Assembly: GCA_045837725.1 (NCBI GenBank)
Contig: JBEWZL010000053.1
Location: forward strand, 124,001 to 158,781
DNA: 34,781 nucleotides
Direction of reading: 5' to 3'
Source of the DNA: Vermamoeba vermiformis
Taxonomy: Eukaryota
The position numbers and the translations under genes are program-made. Of this stretch, positions 9,463 to 21,825 are shown in pieces. Under the pieces are notes generated by a model that saw nothing but the letters and a program-made list of their open reading frames with translations, searched no databases and was not told where the DNA came from. Positions within the stretch are counted from its first letter, which is position 1; the number at the start of each line of letters is the position of its first letter.

Positions 9463-12409
9463 TTACTGCTCGGTACTAAGAGTTAACTGTTCGTAGAATC
9501 TAAGCTTGCCTTCGAGCTCGAAGATTCTGTTCCTCAGTATCGTGTTCTCATGCGAGAATTTTTCATAAAGGGCACGGTACTCGGATTGTGTTTCGTCCTT
9601 TGACGTCAAAGGAGTATCCCGCAGTTTCTTATTCTCCTTTTTAAGCTCTTCGACCTGTTTATGAAGACTCTTAACGCTATTAGCGAGCTCGACCATTTCG
9701 TCTTCAACGATTGATCCAGATTGGGACTTCCAGCTATTGCCGGATTCGACGCCAGTACCGCTACTCTTCTTTGTAGAATTCTTTTGATCACTCGATGATG
9801 CAAACTTCTTGGTGTACGAGCGAATTACAGCTTGAAGTTGTGCTTCGTTCATTTGTCTGAGCTCTTCTTCGGTGTGATTGAACAACAAGCGGATCTTGGG
9901 GATGAACAGTACACTAAGCGAGACCATGGTGATGAAGAGAATGCAGCAACACAGCAGTGCATAGCGAACAATGACGTCGCTGACTAAGAAGATAACTGCC
10001 ACGAAGATTGCGATCAAGGCAAAGTTGTACATCTACGCAAAAAACAATATCGGTAATTAAGGCACTCAAATAACGTGCGTGTTTGGCGTGTACTTACAGC
10101 AAGACCGATGTACTTGGCTTCGTTGTAAAGTGTCAATCGCAACTTGCTCACGAGTGCTGCAATAATTATACCAAACACGATGATAATGCCCTAATTATCT
10201 GACGTTAGTTATTTGTTGCTTGTACAAAGGAGTTGTGTTCTTGATCTTACGTTGTAGACGAGCAAAGTGACACCCGTGGGCAAGTGATACAAACAGAACG
10301 AGAACTCTTGGTCGCCTTCTGTTTGGAAGGCATATGTCGCGGGTTGCATGCCAGTCATGACACCAAGAACGATGATTTCACCAACGAGGACGACGGCAAC
10401 GCAGAGACCGACATCACGATCAGTGTATTTGACAAGTTGAAGTGACTTGTTCGAGAACAGCAAATAGATGCGTCCTGTCTTGGCGAACAGAGATCTAAAA
10501 AAATATGAAAATGAAATTAAATTAGTACAATTGCTTGAATCACTGGAATCATAGGAACAATACACGCGGAGAATCTTTTTGTTGAAAGTGTGTAACTCGC
10601 TGATTTGTCAAAAGTTGCGGGCACGCGCACGTGTCATGTTGTCAAATTGAAAGTGTCACATCAGATTCGCGGCAGAATTGAGCACGTGTCATTTGTGGTA
10701 TTGCGAGAAACTTACCCGAACAACAAGGCAAAACCAACAGGAAGCATCCAAATGAACAAGTTGCAGCCAATATCAGTGTTCGATACGAATGCTGCGACTG
10801 AGCCGAACATCAACATGCCTCCAACGCACATTGATACTAAAAACATTCCACTTGATGCGATGATCACTTTTGATTTACGGCTAAATTGCAGTTAGAATGG
10901 TATACTAAGGCTACGGAATAATTCAATTGTCTAAATATGGAAAGTTTAACGCGCAAATCTATTTCAAAACTTACTAGTGAATCACGACGCTCATGTAAAA
11001 TATAGCCGCAGCAATGCACAATGAAGTTAGGACCCACATACTGATTTGAATTTCTACGCCGACTTTCTTGAACGAAGCTAAGAATAGGATTAAACTCTGC
11101 AAAAAACGCGATCTGATCGAGACTTACAAGGACGAATCCAGTTTTGCCAAATTTGGTCGTTTTCATTAAGCCATTCGCAGGCAGCATCATAGGCTGTGTA
11201 ATTCTTGCTGAAAATTTGCGCGAGGAGGTTGTTCATCGTGTTAGTATCCATAGAATAAGATTGGACCAAGTACGCAGCGGCAGGAGAATACTTCGCGAAG
11301 TTCGTCTCCCATGAATTTGCCCAAGATTTCAGAAGGATAATATATAGCTATATGAATCGTGATTAGTATGATTAGAAAGTAAGCAGAGCCAAGCTTACTA
11401 TTGTTAGGCAATGATACGCGAACGAGATCGTAGTTGCTGAAGATCACGTTGGGTCTCCAAGCGAAGAATAGCATAGGCTCTTGATTGGCGTATTTAGTAG
11501 CCAACATAGTATTGAATTCAGTGATGCCGCTCAATACTTTGACGGTCAAGTTGTATCCGTTCGAATCTATGATCTGCTGTTCAGGTCCAGCCCAGTACTT
11601 GTCGCCCAGAATGAATGTATTGTTGAAGTATGCGGATACATTAGGATTGGCAAAGTCGCCTGAGAGGGCGGTAGGAACATCTTTCAAAACGTAACGAGGC
11701 ATGTACCAGCCTAAATATGAAATCGCATCAGATCCACTAAACCATGCAGAATGTCAAAGTGTACAACATTGTGCGCCAAATTTAACAGTTTAACCCAAAA
11801 AAGGTAAAATATCGCGCCACGCCGCATAATTTTTTTAAATTTCTGAATTTACATTTAAATTGCCACCATTTTATAACTCACCAACTGTGCCTATTATGCC
11901 TACAGGACCAGCTGACGTGATTGTTTTGTCGTCATAAAAATACTTTTGCTCTTCAGCTTGTCTAGTTGAAGGCCTTTTTGAAAAGCGGATCAAGTTAGTG
12001 ACTCAATTTCTCAATTAGGAATTATAAGATTCGGTCATACCAGTACTCCATGCATGCGTGAATCTCACCAGAAGCAACGCGAGGCCACACATCGACCGCA
12101 TTTGCCGGGATCAAGTTGTTCTGTTCGCCGATCACTTCGTCGAGCAGAATGCTGACAATATGAGCGTGAATGGCTGAGTTAGCGTTAGCAGGGAAGGATA
12201 TGTTCACTACATTGCGTTCGTTATAACCTACATCGTATCTATGTTAGTATAAGCTTTTGAAAGTAAAAATAGAGCTTGCCATCTGGTTTTGGCAAATTGA
12301 GACACGAAGATCTGCTTGACGATTGAATGATCTGTTGCGATGAGACTTTAAGAGCACATATCACTACGGCAACGAGGATTGTCACGTTGCGGAAGTTTAG
12401 TAGCGTCAT
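9463..12409 (-). CDS. Class C GPCR paralog 2 (OpuAC-like ectodomain). Has one extra base near 11292 (assembly error or pseudogene) and a GC-AG first intron
   Basis: Same exon structure and motifs as paralog 1 (GEIHACMEYW, GWYMPRYV, FFAWRP, AACEWLNEND, LFAKTGRIY, LFIPK). The frame shifts within exon 11347-11127. Confidence 0.8.
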
Positions 12410-13232
12410 AATGAATAAAAAGTGACCAGTAAAGCAGATTTGCTCGTGGTGGTACTGATTCAAACAGTTGAGTTCAACTGAACTAAAATTATAAAAACAC
12501 AGACGTAACTTGGTATTAAATAGGTGGCCATTCTGTCATTCATGTCTTGCCAAAACGAACAGGTAAATTATAAGGTATTGCAGTTGATTGATCCGATCCT
12601 CCGAACAACCAAGATTATTGGGAAGATGTTCAAATGTATACCTATTAATTTATGTTAGTTATTCAATAAATTTTTGCAATGATTGGTTTAATTATTCAGA
12701 TCTGAGCGGTAAAAACACGCTGATCGAGCGGGACAATTATCAATTCGCTATTAAATCACGCAACCGCTTTTAATTTTGGTATTAAAAATAGTAGCACTAA
12801 ATAAGGTTAAGTTTCGGTGGCTCAATTGATTTCTGAATCAGATCATTAAATTAATTTTAGGAAGCGCCAAGTATTGCATCTAAAGGCAAAAATAAATCAC
12901 CCAAATTATAAATAAAAAAATATATTAGAATTTCTAATATATTTTTTTTTTTCTCACTTATGTTCGCTTACCTTAACCTTAACAGATCATTTCTATTCGC
13001 ATCTGCCTTCCCGTGGACACGAACGATAAAATAATGATACCAAAACCTCCCCGTTAATCATTTGATTACACAAACAGACCATTTTGTTGACAAGCAGTGG
13101 TGGTGCATAACACGGACTAAAACTGATGTTTGCGAACATTTTCAAACGAGATTGTTTTACGAATTAATTAGTTAGCATAATTTAATGATGTATAATACAA
13201 TATTAACATTAATGGTGCACTTACTGCGATTA

Positions 13233-15883
13233 TTATTGCGATTCTGAGTCGGATCCATGTCCAACCTCTTTTTTGTAAACTTGGCTGTTGCTCATTTTCA
13301 AGCGACCTTGCAGCTCGAAAACTTGGTTCTTAAGCACCATAGACTCGTGGTAATATTTTTCGTAAAGTTGGCGATATTCTTCGGGCGTTGTTTCTCGTAA
13401 CTTTTTGACTTCTTTTTTCAGCTCTTCGTTTTGACTTTGCAAATTTCTCATAGAACTAGCCAAATTCGCCATTTCATCTTCGAAAGAAGATCCCGGGAGA
13501 GTACTAGTCTTATTGGTGTCTTCTTTTTTCGCTGAACCCTTCGAATTCTTTTTGTCGCTGGAGGAGGCAAACTTCTTGGTGTAAGATCTGATCACTGCTT
13601 GAAGCTGTTGCTCGTTCATTTGCAAGAGTTGTTCTTCAGTATAAGTAAATAACAACCGAAGCTTTGGGATGAATAAGACGCTCAACGAGATCATTGTCAA
13701 GAACAAAACACACGCGCAGATCAATGCGAATTGCGCGACAATGTCCTTCACCAAGAAGATCACAACAATGAAAATTACGACGAAACAGAAGTTGTACATC
13801 TAAAGAATATGTTAGTAATGCTTGGAGGCAAAGAGAAATACTTACGGCCCAACCAATGTATTTGGCTTCATTGTACAGTGTCAATCGCAGTCTGCTAATG
13901 AGAATCGAAATTATGACACCAAGTATCATAACAACGCCCTAAAGTAGAGATTAGCATTGACAATACGCATACTATAATGGCACTCACGTTAAAGATGAGC
14001 AAGGCTACACCAGTCGGGAAGTGGAACAAACAGAAGGTAAAGTCCGTGTCTCCGAGGCTTTGGTACACGTAATCCGCAGGTTGTATAATAGTCATTGCCA
14101 CGAGGATCACAAACTCGCCAACCAGGACGATACCAACACCAAAGCCAACATCACGATCAGTGTACTTGACGAGTTGAAGTGACTTGTTTGAGAACAACAA
14201 ATAGATGCGTCCTGTCTTGGCGAACAGAGATCTGACGAAGATCGGTTAGCACTGCTTTGACACGTGTAACAAGTCGAAATCTCAAATACGAAACTTACCC
14301 AAACAACAATGCAAAACCAACAGGAAGCATCCAAATGAACAAGTTGCATCCAATCATCGTGTTTGAGACGAATGCAATGACAGAGCCGAACATCAACATG
14401 CCTCCAATGCACATTGAGATCAAGAACACACCACTCGACGCGATGATCACCTTTGACTTGCGGCTTAACAGAAGAATTAGAATAGACTACAAAATCGGTG
14501 ATAAGCACGTACAATTTGATTACTGATATCAAGTAGAACAACGTGCAAGCGATGCAGAAGGCTGTTACGACTTGAATAGCTGTTCTTAGATCAAAAGAGA
14601 CCTCTTCGTACTTGGCAACACGAATCCAATCGGTCCAAATAATCTCGTTCTCGAGGATCCAATTGCACGCCACTTCACTGATTGATTTGTTCTCGTAGAC
14701 TTGCTTCAACATGTCGAGCATGTCAGCTTCTCCGATGTTGATAGTTTGAATCAAAAACATCGCTTCATCGCTGTAGTCTTTAATATTCGGCCACGTCATT
14801 TTACCCAAGATTTCAGGTGGATACAGGTGGGCTGAAAAAATTTGGTTAATTCTTTTGTAAACAAGATCTAATACTCACAATCGTCCAAATAGCTAACACG
14901 TATAAGATCCAGCGTAGTAGTCAACATATGTGGCTCCCACAAAAAGCACAAAAATGGCTCTTTCTTCGAATATTTGTGCGTTACAATGCTGATCAGTTCA
15001 TCGATGCCAGACAAGGTCTGAACAGTTAAAGAATAGTTGTGCTTGGCTATGATGTCCGGTTCAATCGTTATCCAGTCCTTGTCGCCAATGATCAAAGTGT
15101 TGTTGAAATACGATGCTATTTTTGGATCCGAAAAATCGCCGTACAGCGCTGCCGGCACATCCGCTAAAACATAGCGAGGAATGTACCAACCTATAATATA
15201 GTATCAATATATGGCCTTAAGGCACAGGTGCTTCATAATAGAATGTACTGAACGTGAGAAAATAGATTTCTTTTGGGGAGATTGTAATCTCCTCAAACTC
15301 CGTACCGGATACGTTAAGTAACGATATAAATATCCTTACCCATCTGTCCGACAAACCCTAATGGGCCTGCCGCGAGAACTGTTTTATCATCGTTGATGTA
15401 TTTGTCCAACAATTTCCATTGTTGAGCCGGCCTATTTTCATGAATGAATGAGATTGACAATTCAAACTCGACGCGTGTGAAGTGTTATCAATCAATATTA
15501 TAACCTTACCAATACTCGAGAGAGGCATGAATTTCTCCAGAAGCGACAAGCTCCCAGACGCTGTTCGGATCGTTAATCGCCACTTCTGTGTTTGGCACTC
15601 CGACCACTTCAGCTAATAAAAGTCTCGCAATTGTGGTGCTAATTCTAGAGGTTTCCCAATTATTAGAACCGAAGCGTACAACATTATGAACATCGTAGCC
15701 TAGAAAGACAAGGGCGATCAGTACGTGGACACTTACTATTTTAGAGCAAATTGATGACTATGAATTAAAATAATTACCTGCATGTTTCGTCCTATTTAAA
15801 CAAGTCGGTATGTCTGGCAAGAGCTGCGCGGCTGTCAGAGTTGACAGCAGCACTAATAACCAAAAGAGATCTTTTAGTCGCAT
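13233..15883 (-). CDS. Class C GPCR paralog 3 (OpuAC-like ectodomain), apparently intact
   Basis: Signal peptide MRLKDLFWLLVLLSTLTAAQ; VVRFGSNNWETSRISTTIARLLLAEVVG; GEIHASLEYW; GWYIPRYV; FLWEPH; 7TM region; coiled-coil tail. Confidence 0.85.
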
Positions 15884-16730
15884 TCTAAATTGATAATGTG
15901 CTGTGGTATCTAGTATTCGCTAATATTCGGATTGAAACTAAAAATTGAAAGTGGCCAAGCTTTACTCCATACCATTTTAAGAAAATTTGCTGCGTACGAC
16001 GAGGAGTGATCCTCCAGGAATGAAAGTTTCTTTGAGCTTTCTCGTTTCAAAAACGTGAGTATGATATTGTCATCGCATATGCTATTAAGCGAGTACTTAC
16101 AACTGCGAGCAATCGTGGATGTAGCACCAACATAGCCAAAACAGGAGATGTCAGAATTAAAGCAATATTATAACCTACCTCTTCACGAAGAGTTAATGAA
16201 GAGCATTTTTCCGCAAGGCAAAATATTATACAATCCCCGCTGAGTCAACATTTTGCCTCGAGGAGTAAATCTGCCATTTCCTTAAGTAAATTTCTGGGCC
16301 TTACACCAAAAATATATTTCTATTCATAGTAGTTCTTACCTTGTTAACACTTGCCGATAAAACAAATATGGATGGGAAAAAGATTACTTAAAACTGCAAG
16401 CAAATGCTATTCCAATTTAAATAAGGTGGCGATAATTTCCTAATTTTTCTACTGCAGTCAGACAATAAATAAATAGAATTTTGAAACAATCGAATCTGTT
16501 GATGCAACACGCGTGTTTCACCATAACTGAGTTAACAGTAGTAGAACTAAATATTCACATAAATAGTATATGTTGTTATTTGGCGTTCGTATTGTGGTTT
16601 GTTATTAATGGGACAGTATGAAATAGGAATCAAATAGCAAAAGATTTATTTACATCTAGACGGATAGAGCAACTACAAGCTACTCGTCCTCTATATAAGC
16701 ACCGTTTCCAAGAGTCAAAGAAGCCTGGTC

Positions 16731-18739
<2,009 letters not shown>

Positions 18740-19035
18740 CTGACACTAGCAATACTATAATACAAAATAATATACAAGGAGTTGTGTTGTTGCAGTTCAG
18801 AGCGAAAAATTTGTTTTGAAACAATTCTCGATCAAATTTCTACCCGTTACCACAAGACCGTTATAAATCGTTACAATCATATTAAACATGCGTGGGTAAG
18901 AATATGCTGGAATTAGACACGTGTAGGATGAAAAGTAGCGGCCTTCAAACACGATTCGGATCTTGCACTGCTAACGGATTTTGGTTGCTAATGCGCTAAT
19001 AATTATAATACAATTTTATTTGTATGTTCTGGAGA

Positions 19036-20094
19036 TCATAGCTTTGATTTCATCGCTGTTCGAGGATGTTCGTCCGTGCTAGCATCGACTACATCTGGTA
19101 AGTCTTCCTGCGAGCCAATATCAAGCTGCGGCGTTAAAGTAGGTGTTGATAGGTTTTCATTGAATTTTCTCCAATTAAATTTAACGAATACAGCTTCACC
19201 TTCGACGTGGGTGGTGTTATCAACGGGATCGAAAATTCTTCCTTTCAAAATGATTCTGTCGCCTTCTGTTCTATCAATTCTGCCTTCTACGATCTTTAAG
19301 CTGTTAATAGGCACGAATTTCTTGTATTTAATTGTCAGAGAGGCGGTCACGGAGAGATCTGCTCCTTCCGCAGCAACCCAGCCAAAACTAATAATTAAAA
19401 TCGTTAGCATTTGCTACAGCCATATTAACATTTGATAGTCAATAAATTTAGATTCCATCAAACGTGTTTTGATATTGAAATAACGTACCATTCATCTACG
19501 ACAGTCGCAATGCATCCACCATGAACGCAACCTGAAAAGCGACCATCAATATTGTGAAACAATAGGTTGTTAATTATTTGCGCGATATTTCTGCGAGTTG
19601 AGTGCGCGGCATCTAGAGTAAAACTGTGACGTACCGTTTGGACCCTCGCAGTGCGGACCAAAGAACACAACACCACGTCCATGCTTATCAGTTTTGTTCA
19701 TAAAATATACTGACAAAAATTTTCTGGCGTACATTGTGTAGGACTCGCCTGGGAGGAGAGATCAGATTGACAATTTACTGGTGATTTTAACCGAAACTTA
19801 CCTTGGAAGCCAAACTTCTTCCTTTGCTTAGGAGATAGTTTTTTCAATTTTTTGAACTTGGGGTTGTTAATTAGTTCTTTGTACACGGGCTGATCTGAAA
19901 TTTATTAACGAGATCAATTAGTGAAAATTACCAAACGCCTCATAATGAGTTTATTTTGGTAAAATATGAGCATTCGTGCAATATTTGGCTCATGAATAAA
20001 CTATAAGACCCAAAGAATAGATGGGATCTTGGCGCTTACCATAGAAAAACTCCTCTTCATTTCTATCAACAAAATAGCTTGGATCGACGTCCAT
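19036..20094 (-). CDS. Hotdog-fold acyl-CoA thioesterase (THEM4/PaaI-like), 5 exons
   Basis: Spliced motif VFFGPHCEGPNGCVHGGCIATVVDE...VTASLTIKYKKFVP. The first exon (ATG 20094) was chosen by splice phase. Confidence 0.8.
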
Positions 20095-20245
20095 TGTTGG
20101 CTTTGTATTATTTCGCGTATTGTAATTGCTCTTTCGAACGCCAGAAAACTGATCAAGAAAATAATCACGTGTTTTTGTCGGTGCCTCCCAATCAAACTTC
20201 GAACCATTTTCATATTAAACCGATTTATTGTATTCGTACAAATGC

Positions 20246-21704
20246 TTACTTCTTTTGTTTTTTATTTTTATGCTTGCTGGTTTCGAGCTCGGCAGCAGAA
20301 GCTTTCCTTTTCTTGTTAGCGGGCTGTTTCTCTTCGGATGCGCTTTCTTCGCTGCTATCATCGCTACTATCCTCACTGCTGCTTTTACCTCCCTTAACAT
20401 ATTCTTGATTTTCATTGTCTGAGTTGTCCTCGTCGCTGCTGGATGATGAATCCTCGCTCTCATCTTTTTCTTTCTTAACAACGACTTCTTTCTTTGGTTC
20501 AACTTGCATCTTATCATTGTCCTTCTTTTTTTCTTCTTTAACGTCCTTTTTGTTGTCTTTCTTCGCGACTTCTTTCTTTTCTTCCTTCTCGTCATCACCC
20601 ATAAAGAACGAGTCCTTCTCTTTCTTTGCGGGCTTTTTAGCGACCTTCTCGGCGGCATCTAGATAACAAATTAGTCTTAATTATTGTAATAAATATGTTA
20701 ATAATTACCTTCAGGACGTTGGAATGAGCCCTTGGGCTTTTGTTCCTTCGGCGTGGTTTGTTTGGCGTTAGTGTTCTTTGCAACAGCATTATCACTCTTT
20801 GCAGGCTTAGTTGCATTGTTAGTCTTTGGTGCAGGAGCTTGAAGCGTTTTGTTTAGCAGGCTTATTGACGGTTTGACCATTCTCGTCGAATTCTTCGGTC
20901 ACATCCATTGTTGCGTCCTTATCCTTCAACTCTCCAGCAGCTTTCTTCTTCATTAGCTCATCTCTGATGCTCGATTGCAATTTAAGAATTCTTTCGTTGG
21001 TCATAGGAGCTTTGGGGAACAATGAAATATATTTCAAGTGCGCGGGGAAGTGCTATGTTAGACACACTGTCAGTACGCGTCGTAAGGGAATTTAATGCTA
21101 ACTAATGTACCATTACGTAGGTCATGTCGTCGTTAGCCTTTTTCAAGTCTTCTTTGTGCTTTTCAAGTTGTTGTTTTTCCTCGGCAGTGAGCTGATCCTT
21201 CGCTTCAAGAGCTTTAATCGCCTTGTTTAACTTGGCTTCAATTTTCATAATTTTCTTTCTCTCTGAAAAGATAAATTATTAATCTACGCATGTAAGATAT
21301 TCTAACATTTTTAAATGGTTACCTAAAAAGCGAACCAATTTATATTTAGCTGAAAATTTATCGACTCTGGCTTTCTGTTGTTTATCCTTTAGTTGACCTC
21401 GAAGATCTTCCAATTCCTTCTCCTTGGCTTCTTTAACTTCGGCAGGCAAAGTGTCTCCGCGGCCCTAATTTTACGTTGCGATCAGATTTTGGATCACGAT
21501 CGGGATCGCCGAAGTTGATAATAATTGAAACTAAAATACGCATAAAATCACAATAATTCACATCATCATAAAAAAAGTGCAATTACTGGGTTAACTTACC
21601 TTGAGTAATCGCTCAATGTCACGGATTCGCTTGCCAACGCCAGGAGGCTTTGCAGGGCGGTCACCCTTATTTTTGTTGAATTTTTGAGTCTTATGGCCGT
21701 TCAT
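20246..21704 (-). CDS. EFG1: rRNA-processing protein Efg1 with long low-complexity C-terminal tail. One extra base near 20842
   Basis: KRIRDIERLLK, SAKYKLVRFLERRK and DDMTYVMHFPAHLKYISLFP match the Efg1 family pattern. The tail is K/E/S-rich. Confidence 0.85.
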
Positions 21705-21825
21705 AGTTATTGATAGATGTGCTACTCGGTTCGCAGGCTCAGATGAACTGAAAAAAAACTTGGAACGACTGATACTAACATAATTTTTCGCGGCCAAGGA
21801 GATCTACACGCGCACCAATAATAAA
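21705..21825. promoter_or_regulatory. Probable bidirectional promoter (121 bp) between EFG1 and the NOL8-like gene
   Basis: Divergent ATGs at 21704 and 21826. Confidence 0.6.

Larger units (their letters stand above)
2185..10880. repeat. High-identity duplicated tract between GPCR paralogs 1 and 2 (approx. 2185-3250 vs 9805-10880), including introns
   Basis: The long intron 2876-3085 aligns almost base for base with approx. 10496-10715, and intron 2416-2479 with approx. 10033-10098. Confidence 0.85.

Noticed and set aside
15884-16730. Possible small gene between GPCR3 and VPS4
   Set aside because: Scattered splice-like motifs but no consistent ORF or recognisable RNA structure.
20215-20666. 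Arg/Lys-rich 147-aa ORF and antisense Ser/Phe-rich ORFs
   Set aside because: Alternative frames of the low-complexity EFG1 tail. Splice phase selects the MGDDEK frame.
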